The notes: generated by a model not told the origin, from the sequence alone. A stretch of DNA of 64,000 nt from the human T2T-CHM13v2.0 reference genome, Homo sapiens (GCF_009914755.1 NC_060925.1); one strand, 5' to 3'; shown: positions 25,561 through 39,357, counted from the stretch's first letter. Numbers and translations are program-made.

Positions 25561-27535
25561 GGAGTAGCTGGGATTACAGGCACTGGACACCACGCCTGCC
25601 TAATTTTTTTTTTTTTTTTTTCGTAGAAATGGGGTCTCCCTCAGTTGCCCAGGCTGGTCTCTGGTGCCCAACGCCGGGCTCCCGGTAATCTCTACAAATA
25701 ATCCAGTGAAGGAATGCCAGAGAGTGGAAAGTGGAGGATGACTGACAAAGGACGCCCGAGTACGTTTTCACTTCAAGCTCTACAGGTAAGTAGGGCGCTC
25801 GGAAAATTCCAGGGTAACCTCCGGAAACTATGGGTCAGGCTGAGAGTAAGTTTGCTAATTACTGAAGCCTTGTCCGGCAGTTACTGCGCCGCGGAGGGGT
25901 AATTGTGAGTACCCAAAATCTCCCATCTTTGTTCTATCTGGTAAAAAAGTATTCTCTTTGGTTCCCGGAATATGGAACCATGAATGTAAAAGACTGGGAC
26001 AAGGTCGGATCAGACTTAAAACGAGCACAACAAGAGGGCCACGATATTCCCTTCTTGCTTGGTCTGCGTGGCCTGCAATTAAAACAGCACTGGAGCCCTT
26101 CCACACTGAGGAGGAGCTTCAGGATGACATAGAAAACTTTAATAATCAGGAGTCTAATGATCAGCAAAATCAACCATCACAGTCTAGTTTTAAAAAGGCC
26201 GAGAAACGGGAAGGTATATATGCTAATCTCCAAAAACTTATAAAAGAAACAGTGCCACCTACTTCGCCTTTAGGGGAAGGTCTGGAATGGCCACCCCCGG
26301 CTCAGCCTTACAAATTTTTGGAACTGGAGCCTGAGACGCGGCTTGCCGCTCCCATTGTTGCAGGCCCCACCAATAACTATGGCGAAGGGAAGCTTCAGGC
26401 TCGCCTAACAGCCAATTACGATCAGGGAATGATCCTCTACCACCTGTTAATTGTGGTAGAGGAATGCTGCGAGCCGGTCCAAATACAAATTATGGCACGG
26501 GGACAATCCCGTCATCCATTCGCCAGGCATGAGAAATGGGGGATTTGGATGCTTTGCAGTTTCTGGTAATTAATTCGCCAGTTGAGGAGCCCAGAGAACA
26601 TGCTCAAGCATGCTGGCAGCCACTTCCTTTTAAAATATTAAAATACTTAAAGCAAGCAATTGGACAATATGGGCCAAATTCTCCTTATGTTCATTCCTTG
26701 TTACAATCTGTGGCTTATAACAGGCGTTTAATACCTATGGATTGGGAGGCACTAGCCCAATCCACTCCGTCCCCCTCTGAATTTCTCCAATTTAAAACCT
26801 GGTGGACAGATGAAGCAACAAATCGGGCATGCAGAAATGCTCAAGTCCAACGTCCCGTTAATATCACATCTGATCAATTGCTTGGAATCACATGGGGTAC
26901 TCTAAATCAACAGAATGGTAATGGGTGATGAGGTTGTTGATCAGGTCAGAACTATATGCCTAAGAGCCTGGGAAAAAATTCACAACCCTGGTACAACTTA
27001 TCCGTGTTTTAACTCAGTTCGACAGGGTCCAAGGGAGCCTTATCCAGATTTTATTGCCCGTTTGTAAGATGCGGCTCAAAAGGCTATTTCAGATTTTCAT
27101 GCCAGGAAAGTGATCGTTCAGCTGCTTGCTGATGAAAATGCTAATACAGAATGTCAGGCAGCAATTAGACCTATTAAAGGAAAGGCAGATCTAAATGAGG
27201 AAAAAGCTTTAAGTGAATACATTAAAGCCTGTGATGGCATTGGGGAGCACTTATATAAGGCCAGCTTCCTTGCTCAGGCAATGGCTGGACTAAGGGTAAC
27301 AAAAAACACATGAGTGTTCCCCAGGTCTTGCTATAATTGTGGACAGATAGGACATACAAAAAGAGAGTGTACAAAGAGGCAAAAAAGGCAAAACTCAGGA
27401 CCGGGCCCCAATTCAAAACGGGGCATTCCCAATTCAGGACGGGACATCCCTGACTCCAAATGGAGTGTTCCCAAATGGATTGAGGCAGGTTTCAACCAGC
27501 CCTCTTCCCCACTTTGGGAAGCCAGCCGCAGTCCA

Positions 27536-27980
27536 GGAAGGTCCCAAAAGGAGTTTATGGCCCACTGCCAAATGGCACGGTGGGACTTATACTGGGAAGG
27601 TCCAACTTAAAGGGAATTCAAGTACATACAGGAGTAGTGGACTCTGATTGCTACGGAGAAATTCAAATTGTTATCTCCTCCACTGTTCCCTGGAGTGCTA
27701 ATCCACGTGACAGAATAGCTCAACTGTTGCTTTTGCCGTATGTTAAGTTAGGAGAAAGCTCAGAAAAAAGAATAGGAGGATTTGGAAGCACAAATTCAGC
27801 AGGCAAGGCTGCCTATTGGGTAAATCAAGTCTCTGACAATAGACCTATTTGTATGGTCACCATTCAAGGAAAACAATTTGAGGGTCTGGTCAACATAGGA
27901 GCAGATGTGTCGATCATAGCTCTTTACCAATGGCCAAAAAACTGGCCCAAACAAAAGGCCCCAGTGGGTCTTGTTGAGGT
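27536..27980 (+). pseudogene. HERV-K dUTPase/protease remnant
   Basis: GVYGPLPNGTVGLILGRS...GVVDSD...RIAQLLLLP...GGFGST; protease DTG degenerated to LVNIGADVS. Confidence 0.9.
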
Positions 27981-28127
27981 TGAGGATTTGCTTGTATTTC
28001 ACCAGGAGAGAATCAGCTTCCTGTCTGGGTACCCACAAGACATCTTAAGCTGTGCCATGAGACAGAGTCCAAGAAGAGGAAAAGACCTCAGAATGTCTCT
28101 GCGCCCCCAGTTCGTCAGACGGCTCAG

Positions 28128-29918
28128 ATGAACATCTCTGTTGAGCAGATGGAAACCAGTAAAACTCCCCAAGCAACTCCACCGACCTGGGGGCAGATGA
28201 AGAGACTGGCTCACATTGCAGAAGAGAACCTGAGGTCTCAGAACAAGCCGCTGACCACCAGTAATCTAATGGTAGCTATGATGGCGGTAATCTCCTTGGT
28301 GGTGAGTCTTCCTGTAGCAGAGGCAGATCAAAATTACACCTATTTTTGTAATAGGAGGAAGGAGGAGGAGGAGGAATGTTAATGAATGTTTCTATTGGTT
28401 ATCGCTTTCCTGCCATCTGCCTGGGGCCAGCAGCAGGATTTTTAAATTATGATACACAAAGTTGGATGGTTTATGTTCCTGCACATAACGGATCAAAAGC
28501 CTTTATTCATGCAATCAGTGGAAGAACATTTCAATCTTTGGACACTATTAAATACCTTGAGCATGGCTATGTTGTGACACATCGCCAGATTAATAAATTT
28601 AAACCTAATAAGAACCTCCTGTTATTAAACGGTCAGAAAAGCTAGAGGTGCTAACCTGGGAAGATTATATTGCAAACAGTGCTGCTGTACTACAAAATAA
28701 TTCCTATGGAATCATCATTGATTGGGCCCCTAGGGGACAATTTGCAGTAAATTGTACTGGACAGAGTGAAGATTGTAGAGAGACTATTTTGCAAACGACT
28801 ACCCAGATAATGCACCAAAATTACATAGAAGAATTGAAACAAATTACCCTATTAAGTGGGAGGAGAACGGTATGGCTCCTCCAAGCCCAAAAATTATTGA
28901 TCCAATTATAAGCCCAGAACATCCAGAATTGTGGAAATTAATGATGGCTCAAAGCCCAATTCGGATTTGGAAAGCAGAATGTAAAACAGAGACCCATAGT
29001 AAAAAACTTCGATTTGTTGTAGCCATGACCTCTAATCAGATGGTCCCATTGCAGAGTTGTGTTAAACCTCCTTTTATGTTGGCAGTGGGAAAAATTAATA
29101 TCTTACCTGACTCTCAAACCATATCATGCCTCAACTGTCGTCTTTTTACCTGCATTATTTCTGCCTTTAATAAAGATAATAGCATTTTACTGGTTAGGGC
29201 CCGAGAAGGAGTTTGGATACCTGTTTTCCTCAATAGACCTTGGGAGGCCTGTCCCTCCATACATATTATCACTGAAGTACTAAAAGGAATACTTAATAGA
29301 TCAAAGAGATTCCTATTTACTTTAATAGCTGTGGTCCTGGGCCTTGCTGGTGTTGCTTTGCACTCTTCTATTCAAACTGCGGACTTTGTGGGTAGTTGGC
29401 AGAAAAATTATTCTAAGCTTTGGAATTCCCAAAGCCAAATAGATCAAAAATTGGCAAATCAAATTAATGATCTCCGTCAAACAGTAATTTGGATGGGAGA
29501 TCGGATTATGAGCTTGGAGCATAGAATTCAAATGCAATGTGATTGGAATACTTCTGAGTTTTGTATTACTCCTAGCTCTTACAATGCCACTGAACACGAT
29601 TGGGAGATGATTAGACGTCACCTACAAGGAAAAGAAGATAATTTAACATTAGATATTGCTAAACCGAAAAGACAGCTTTTTGAGGCATCTCAGGCTCATC
29701 TCAGCCTGTTGCCTGGAGCTGATATTCTTACTGGAGCCGCTGATGGCCTTTCTAACACTAATCCTTTAAAGTGGATTAAAACCATAGGTGGATCAACAAT
29801 TGCAAATTTTATTTTGGTTTGTGTCTGTTTATGCTGTTTATTTTTAGTCTACAGATGCCGACGGCGCCTTGGTAGAGAAGCCAGACACAGTGAACGAAAT
29901 AGCAATGGCGGTTATTAA
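28128..29918 (+). pseudogene. HERV-K env: 5' part disrupted, 348-codon open SU-end/TM segment at 28872-29918
   Basis: PTWGQMK leader, RSKR cleavage site, fusion peptide [23 protein letters not shown] loop, TM anchor. Confidence 0.9.
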
Positions 29919-29937
29919 TAAAAAAAAAATTAATAGA

Positions 29938-30814
<877 letters not shown>

Positions 30815-31144
30815 GCTCTCGAACTCCTGCACTGAAGCGCTCCTCCCGCTTCAGTCTCCCCAGTGGTTGGGATTACAGGCGTGAGCCCCCGCGCCCGGCC
30901 AAAGGGCCCCCTAGGACCGGCTGTCTCCCCCGACTACGCACCCTCGGCCCCCAGCCTCGCGCCAGACACGGCGCCGCAGCCCCAGCGCGCGGGGGTGGAG
31001 AGAGCCGCGGGGCAGGGGCGCCCTGTGGGTCCCGCGGTCACGCCGGATCGCTCGGCCGCAGTAGTGGGGCCCGGGCGGGCGCAGGGCCGGGCTACGGGGA
31101 CCGGCAGGCGCGCGAAGGGCCCGGGGCGCCGGGAGGACTCGGGT

Positions 31145-31858
31145 TCACAGTCGCTCCCGCTCCGGAAAGTTTGCGGCGGCTGCCCCGGGAGGGACTTCGG
31201 CGGGGAGGAGGCGGCGGCGCCAGGTGGCCGAAGTCGGAGGGGTCCGTCCGCTCCCGCAGCCTAGGAGCGCGCCCTCCCCGCCGGTGCCGGGGCCCGTGGT
31301 GGGGGTCGCACCCACCGCCGCTTGGCCGGGACCGTCTTGGCTGGCGCCGCCTTGGAGCTCGTAGGCACCGCGCGCGGTGCGGGGAGCGGCCGGGGCGGAG
31401 GGACCCAGCGAGCCCGGGGAGGGCCGGGGTCCTGCAGGCGGAGGCGCCGGGGAGGGTGTGGGGTCAGGGCCCGCGCGGCGCTGCTTCTGCTCCCGAAGAC
31501 TGCGGTCGGAGCTGGCGCAGCGGAGGGTGCGGCTCCCGGAGCGCGAGGCCGCAGCGGGGAGTGACCGGAAGTGGCCTCTGCAGCCGCGTCCCTGGGCCCA
31601 TGTCAGGGACGGCTCTGGCTGAAGCAGGAGGACGGCGTTTGGAGGGTGGGGTGGGCGCGTCCTCTCGGCGGCCCGCGTGGACTGACAGCCACCACTGCCC
31701 CCACGCTGCCCTCGTGCCCGCGGTTCTAAGAAGTCGAATGCCAGGCGGAGGCGACGGGGCAAATGGCCCAGGCTTGGGAGGCCGCTGGCGGTCCAGGTCC
31801 CGCAGGATGTGGAGGATTTTCGAGGAGGGCCCAGGGGCTGGAGGGTGCACAGGCCCAT
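31145..31858 (-). CDS. C1orf229: Putative 237-aa C1orf229 ORF; coding status doubtful, probably lncRNA
   Basis: ORF MGLCTLQPLGPPRK...NFPERERL matches my recollection of the C1orf229 entry; low-complexity GC-driven ORF with no domain. Confidence 0.45.
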   Translation of the reverse strand: MGLCTLQPLGPPRKSSTSCGTWTASGLPSLGHLPRRLRLAFDFLEPRARGQRGGSGGCQSTRAAERTRPPHPPNAVLLLQPEPSLTWAQGRGCRGHFRSLPAAASRSGSRTLRCASSDRSLREQKQRRAGPDPTPSPAPPPAGPRPSPGSLGPSAPAAPRTARGAYELQGGASQDGPGQAAVGATPTTGPGTGGEGALLGCGSGRTPPTSATWRRRLLPAEVPPGAAAANFPERERL

Positions 31859-34800
31859 CTTGCACAGGAGCCACGGCCCCGGCCTTAGCTGGGCGGAGCA
31901 ATTCCGGTGCCGCCGCCCCTTCCCCGCCCGGCCATGCTCGGGCTCCAGGCGGGCTGCTGCAGGGGGCCTGATCCGGTGGACGATCGGCTCCTCACCCCGG
32001 CAAGGGCCCCCACCTCGGCCGCTGACAGCCTCGCAGGGAGGCCCCAGCGATGAGCAAGGGGGCTGGCGGGAGGACGGGAGGCCCCGCCGGCCTGAGTCCT
32101 GGACAGGTGATTGGCAGGTGAATGAGCTGGAGTGTGCAGCGTGCCTGGCTGGGGGCCAGGGAAGATCTGCCGGGACCTCAGGGGCTGCAGGCTGCCAACT
32201 GCCCGCCCCAGCTCTGGATGCCCTACTCGAACCTCAGTTTCCTCACCTGCCAGGAAGGACCCGTATGTCAGGGGTGTTTTGACGATTAAACTGGACAATC
32301 CAAATAAACTCGCATTAGCCCTCCTTGGCCGCACATCTTTCTGACTTTGTACGAAACTCTGGAATGCCTGTAGGTGGGGAGGCAGGCAGGCCAGACCTTG
32401 GCCCCTGGCTGCATTGTCCCTTCTGGGCGCCCCCACTCCTCCTGGGCCCTTTTAAAGCACATACCTAGCGAAACATCTGGACCTCAGAGAGCCTCAGAGA
32501 ACTTTGTGCATTTCCAAAACCAAAATGCTTTCTTCCCTGACCCCATGTTCTCATCTTACTCCAAAACGCAAATTCCTTGGGCAGCCAGCTTCAGAAAAGG
32601 GCCTCAATTTGATGTTTGTTCTCTGGGACCCACCCCAGGGCCCTTTTGATGGAGCATCATTCCACCTCCATCCCCACCCCCTCCCCCCGGGGCTTCCCCC
32701 AGTACACTGGGGGCTCTTAACTGTAACAACCTGGATCTGGCCACTAGACTCCCAAGGCAGGGGACAGGGAACACAGTTCCCCCAGCAGACTGGCCTAGCC
32801 ATGGCCTGATGAACAGTGATCTCTGGGCAGGAGACCCAGGACAGGAAATATCTCCGCCCTCTACTGTCAGACCCTCCTGCCTTCGGGGTGAGATCACCTT
32901 TTGCCACAGTGGGAAAAACAGGCACAGGGCCAGTGACCAGCAAAGTCAGGGAGACTGTGACCGGGAAACATGCCCAGGCGCTGAACAGCACTTCCAGGTT
33001 GCCACAGCCTTTGGGCGGTTCTTGGCATGTGGCACCCTGGTTGGGTCAGCACCTTGTGGGGTGGGGGTGCTGGCAGGAGCAGGTGCTGTGGGACCCACAG
33101 CAGGAGGGGAACATTTTCACCCTATCCTGGCACAGCAGTTTTGTTCTCTGATGTGTGTGATGGGAAAAAAAAAAATCAAAAGAAGAAGAACACTTTATGA
33201 CACTTTCCAATTAGAAGTTTCCATGTCCATAGTAAAGTTTTCTGGGAGTGTAGCCTTGCCTGTTCATTCACATGTTGTCTGTGGAAGGCTGCGGTCACGC
33301 TGCAACTGCAGGGCCCCGTCCTTGAGACGGATGCATTGACAAAGTTGAAAATATTGACCCTCGGCTCTTTAGGGAGTTTCCAGCCCATGCCTGGTTTTGA
33401 GCACTGTCTGCTGAGACCCCAGGCTCTGGGCTGGCTCCTTCCTCACTCAGGGCTCCAGTGGCCTCTGCTGGTGTGCCTGTAAAGTGGGGGTGCCATGGGG
33501 CCTCCCTATGGGGGTGTTGAGTCCTGGAGTGCCAGGTTTTGGGGTCCCTGCATCACAGTTGACCATCTCCCTGGCAGAGATCCCAGTGCCTGATTCTGGC
33601 CAGTAGGAATATTTACTCTTAACCAATGGGGACACCTTGGAGCTGAGCTGCCACCCACCCAGCAGTGGTCCCATGACACCCCCTGTCTGGGTCAAGGTTG
33701 GGGCAGGGCTGGTGTCCTGAACTGCATCCTGATGTTCAGCAGCGGTGGCTGCTGGTGCTCAATGCCTTCGAGAGAACGCTGAGGCCAATAGCTGCTGGCA
33801 GCGGCTCACCCAGGTTGTGTGTACTGTGCCCTTCTGTGTGCGAGTGACAGGTGAGTGCCTGCAGGGGTCATACCAGGCTGTGTGGAGGGGGCCAGAGGTT
33901 AAAGTTCCCTGAGCAGCTGTGTGGTCCAGGAGCAGCCAAGGGGTCTCTGGAGGTGTGGCTGCCACAACTCTACCCTGAAGGTCTTGCTTGTCATTGGTGG
34001 AGAGGAGAGGACTCCCAGGAGGTGCTGCCTGAGGGACCCCATTTCCATCTGTGAGGGGCACCTAGGGTCCTCCTGGGGCGAGTCAGAGACTGGGCCCTTG
34101 GGGTGAAAGTCCCTTCTCTGGGCTGAGAAGCAGCAGGCACTGGGGCGTGGGCTGCCTCGGGGCCCCCGCCCACTCGCACCCTCTCCTGCACTGCAGCTGC
34201 CCTATCCTCAGGAGGTGAGGAAGATGGGAGGATGAGGCTAAGACACAGGCTGGCCGGGGGTGAGGCCTGCTCCTACCCAGCAAGCCCAGGCCTCAACAGG
34301 CAGGTGAGGGACTGAGGCCTGGGGCATGACCTCCCTAAGTCACCTCAGGGTAGAGAAGGAGCTGGGCCACCTAGATGGGTCTGTATGCCTGGCCCTGGGC
34401 TCTGGGTAGCAGGCGGGGGGTGGGAGGGGACACCCATGCTGCAGATGGGGAGACTGAGGCGCGGGGCTCTGAGGGCTCCAGGAGCAAGGAGGAGGCCAGG
34501 GCTGGCCTGTGGGGACTTTGGTGTTGACTCTGGGTGAGGTGGACCCCTGCAGATGTGAGTACAGCAGAGCTCAGGCGGCTGCAATGGGGTGGATGGACCC
34601 AGGCGGTAAGGGCACCAGCAGATGACTGCCACAGCCCAGTGCGGGGAGGGTGTCTATGCGGGGCTGTAGATTAGTGCCAGCAGGGTTTGGGTTTCCCAGC
34701 AGATGGCTGTGTGTGTGAGACAGCAATCAGGTGGACAATGCCCAGGGGTTCTGGCTTGGAACAGAGGCTGGTGCACGTTGCTCAGCTGTAGATGGCCTGG

Positions 34801-35494
34801 GTGGGGAACTGAGACTTGGCTTTGGAGAAGCCAAGAGACGTGCACATGCGAGTGAGTGTCATGCTGGGATGGACACGGTGGGGGGGCAGTCACACAACCT
34901 GGGGACCAATGGTGTGTGGGCTGAGCCCCCATGCCTGCTGGAGTGGAGCAGGCAAGGAGGTGAGGAGCAGCCAGCCCGGGAGAAGGAAGTCGGGGGAAGC
35001 CCAGGGATCTCTGTCACTGGGATCTCTGTCAGTGAGACCGTCAACTGTGATGCAGGCACCCCAGGGGGCCAGAGGCCAGGACAGCAGTGGATCCTGGGAT
35101 AGGATGAGAATTATTTTGGCTGTGCTGTCCCCATGGCCCCTACTCCTGACCACATACTCCGGTACTCTCGCCCTGAGTCCCTGCTTGCCCCCGCCTACCT
35201 GACCATCCCAGGTAGGAGTTAGGCGTTTTCATCCCATGTGAGCTTGGGCTGTGAGGGTCCCGGGACAGCAGCATTTCAGAAGGCACTGTCTGGCCGTGGA
35301 CAGCATTGTTGAGTCACTGTGGGTGCCCGGTCCTGAGAAAGAGCCCCTGGTGCAGTTTTCTAGGCTCTGTCTTCTGGGGTCTCTGCCCGCTATCCCGGGA
35401 AGCCTGGGAGGGCAGCTCAGAGCTCTGGGAAGTGCCTCTTCCCAGCATCTGTCCACACTGTGCTCACCAGTGCCTTGGCGTCATCCCCTGAGAG

Positions 35495-38400
35495 GTGGGC
35501 ATATGTCCCTGTGGGCGGGTGACAGCAAGGTCATCACGGGGAGGGGGCGTGTCCCTGTGGGCGGGTGACAGCAAGGTCATCACGGGGAGGGGGCGTGTCC
35601 CTGTGGGCGGGTGACAGCAAGGTCATCACGGGGAGGGGGCGTGTCCCTGTGGGCGGGTGACAGCAAGGTCATCACGGGGAGGGGGCGTGTCCCTGTGGGA
35701 GGGTGACAGCAAGGTCATCACGGGGAGGGGGCGTGTCCCTGTGGGCGGGTGACAGCAAGGTCATCACGGGGAGGGGGCGTGTCCCTGTGGGCGGGTGACA
35801 GCAAGGTCATCACTGGGAGGGGGCGTGTCCCTGTGGGGGGGGTGACAGCAAGGTCATCACGGGGAGGGGGCGTGTCCCTGTGGGCGGGTGACAGCAAGGT
35901 CATCACGGGGAGGTGGCGTGTCCCTGTGGGGGGGTGACAGCAAGGTCATCACGGGGAGGGGGCGTGTCCCTGTGGGGGGGTGACAGCAAGGTCATCACGG
36001 GGAGGGGGCGTGTCCCTGTGGGCGGGTGACAGCAAGGTCATCACGGGGAGGGGGCGTGTCCCTGTGGGAGGGTGACAGCAAGGTCATCACGGGGAGGGGG
36101 CGTGTCCCTGTGGGGGGGTGACAGCAAGGTCATCACGGGGAGGGGTCGTGTCCCTGTGGGGGGTGACAGCAAGGTCATCACGGGGAGGGGTCGTGTCCCT
36201 GTGGGGGGTGACAGCAAGGTCATCACGGGGAGGGGGCGTGTCCCTGTGGGCGGGTGACAGCAAGGTCATCCCTGGGAGGGGGCGTGTCCCTGTGGGGGGG
36301 GTGACAGCAAGGTCATCACGGGGAGGGGGCGTGTCCCTGTGGGCGGGTGACAGCAAGGTCATCACGGGGAGGTGGCGTGTCCCTGTGGGGGGGTGACAGC
36401 AAGGTCATCACGGGGAGGGGGCGTGTCCCTGTGGGGGGGTGACAGCAAGGTCATCACGGGGAGGGGGCGTGTCCCTGTGGGCGGGTGACAGCAAGGTCAT
36501 CACGGGGAGGGGGCGTGTCCCTGTGGGAGGGTGACAGCAAGGTCATCACGGGGAGGGGGCGTGTCCCTGTGGGGGGGTGACAGCAAGGTCATCACGGGGA
36601 GGGGTCGTGTCCCTGTGGGGGGTGACAGCAAGGTCATCACGGGGAGGGGTCGTGTCCCTGTGGGGGGTGACAGCAAGGTCATCACGGGGAGGGGTCGTGT
36701 CCCTGTGGGGGGTGACAGCAAGGTCATCACGGGGAGGGGGCGTGTCCCTGTGGGCGGGTGACAGCAAGGTCATCACTGGGAGGGGGCGTGTCCCTGTGGG
36801 GGGGGTGACAGCAAGGTCATCACGGGGAGGGGGCGTGTCCCTGTGGGCGGGTGACAGCAAGGTCATCACGGGGAGGTGGCGTGTCCCTGTGGGGGGGTGA
36901 CAGCAAGGTCATCACGGGGAGGGGGCGTGTCCCTGTGGGGGGGTGACAGCAAGGTCATCACGGGGAGGGGGCGTGTCCCTGTGGGCGGGTGACAGCAAGG
37001 TCATCACGGGGAGGGGGCGTGTCCCTGTGGGAGGGTGACAGCAAGGTCATCACGGGGAGGGGGCGTGTCCCTGTGGGGGGGTGACAGCAAGGTCATCACG
37101 GGGAGGGGTCGTGTCCCTGTGGGGGGTGACAGCAAGGTCATCACGGGGAGGGGTCGTGTCCCTGTGGGGGGTGACAGCAAGGTCATCACGGGGAGGGGGC
37201 GTGTCCCTGTGGGGGGGTGACAGCAAGGTCATCACGGGGAGGGGGCGTGTCCCTGTGGGGGGGTGACAGCAAGGTCATCACGGGGAGGGGGCGTGTCCCT
37301 GTGGGGGGGTGACAGCAAGGTCATCACGGGGAGGGGGCGTGTCCCTGTGGGGGGGTGACAGCAAGGTCATCACGGGGAGGGGGCGTGTCCCTGTGGGGGG
37401 GTGACAGCAAGGTCATCACGGGGAGGGGGCGTGTCCCTGTGGGCGGGTGACAGCAAGGTCATCACGGGGAGGGGGCGTGTCCCTGTGGGGGGGTGACAGC
37501 AAGGTCATCACGGGGAGGGGGCGTGTCCCTGTGGGGGGGTGACAGCAAGGTCATCACGGGGAGGGGGCGTGTCCCTGTGGGCGGGTGACAGCAAGGTCAT
37601 CACGGGGAGGGGGCGTGTCCCTGTGGGAGGGTGACAGCAAGGTCATCACGGGGAGGGGGCGTGTCCCTGTGGGGGGGTGACAGCAAGGTCATCACGGGGA
37701 GGGGTCGTGTCCCTGTGGGGGGTGACAGCAAGGTCATCACGGGGAGGGGTCGTGTCCCTGTGGGGGGTGACAGCAAGGTCATCACGGGGAGGGGGCGTGT
37801 CCCTGTGGGGGGGTGACAGCAAGGTCATCACGGGGAGGGGGCGTGTCCCTGTGGGGGGGTGACAGCAAGGTCATCACGGGGAGGGGGCGTGTCCCTGTGG
37901 GGGGGTGACAGCAAGGTCATCACGGGGAGGGGGCGTGTCCCTGTGGGGGGGTGACAGCAAGGTCATCACGGGGAGGGGGCGTGTCCCTGTGGGGGGGTGA
38001 CAGCAAGGTCATCACGGGGAGGGGGCGTGTCCCTGTGGGCGGGTGACAGCAAGGTCATCACGGGGAGGGGGCGTGTCCCTGTGGGGGGGTGACAGCAAGG
38101 TCATCACGGGGAGGGGGCGTGTCCCTGTGGGGGGGTGACAGCAAGGTCATCACGGGGAGGGGGCGTGTCCCTGTGGGGGGGTGACAGCAAGGTCATCACG
38201 GGGAGGGGGCGTGTCCCTGTGGGCGGGTGACAGCAAGGTCATCACGGGGAGGGGGCGTGTCCCTGTGGGGGGGTGACAGCAAGGTCATCACGGGGAGGGG
38301 GCGTGTCCCTGTGGGCGGGTGACAGCAAGGTCATCACGGGGAGGGGGCGTGTCCCTGTGGGGGGGTGACAGCAAGGTCATCACGGGGAGGGGGCGTGTCC

Positions 38401-39357
38401 CTGTGGGGGGGTGACAGCAAGGTCATCACGGGGAGGGGGCGTGTCCCTGTGGGGGGGTGACAGCAAGGTCATCACGGGGAGGGGGCGTGTCCCTGTGGGC
38501 GGGTGACAGCAAGGTCATCACGGGGAGGGGGCGTGTCCCTGTGGGGGGGTGACAGCAAGGTCATCACGGGGAGGGGGCGTGTCCCTGTGGGGGGGTGACA
38601 GCAAGGTCATCACGGGGAGGGGGCGTGTCCCTGTGGGGGGGTGACAGCAAGGTCATCACGGGGAGGGGGCGTGTCCCTGTGGGGGGGTGACAGCAAGGTC
38701 ATCACGGGGAGGGGGCGTGTCCCTGTGGGGGGGTGACAGCAAGGTCATCACGGGGAGGGGGCGTGTCCCTGTGGGGGGGTGACAGCAAGGTCATCACGGG
38801 GAGGGGGCGTGTCCCTGTGGGGGGGTGACAGCAAGGTCATCACGGGGAGGGGGCGTGTCCCTGTGGGCGGGTGACAGCAAGGTCATCACGGGGAGGGGGC
38901 GTGTCCCTGTGGGGGGGTGACAGCAAGGTCATCACGGGGAGGGGGCGTGTCCCTGTGGGGGGGTGACAGCAAGGTCATCACGGGGAGGGGGCGTGTCCCT
39001 GTGGGCGGGTGACAGCAAGGTCATCACGGGGAGGGGGCGTGTCCCTGTGGGGGGGTGACAGCAAGGTCATCACGGGGAGGGGGCGTGTCCCTGTGGGCGG
39101 GTGACAGCAAGGTCATCACGGGGAGGGGGCGTGTCCCTGTGGGGGGGTGACAGCAAGGTCATCACGGGGAGGGGGCGTGTCCCTGTGGGGGGGTGACAGC
39201 AAGGTCATCACGGGGAGGGGGCGTGTCCCTGTGGGGGGGTGACAGCAAGGTCATCACGGGGAGGGGGCGTGTCCCTGTGGGCGGGTGACAGCAAGGTCAT
39301 CACGGGGAGGGGGCGTGTCCCTGTGGGCGGGTGACAGCAAGGTCATCACGGGGAGGG
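35495..39357 (+). repeat. 46-bp G-rich VNTR, about 84 copies
   Basis: Unit gacagcaaggtcatcacggggagggggcgtgtccctgtgg(gc/gg/ga)gggt. Confidence 0.98.

Noticed and set aside
35495-39357. CRISPR-like array or repetitive protein ORFs in the 46-bp repeat
   Set aside because: No unique spacers and eukaryotic context; the ORFs are by-products of the repeat
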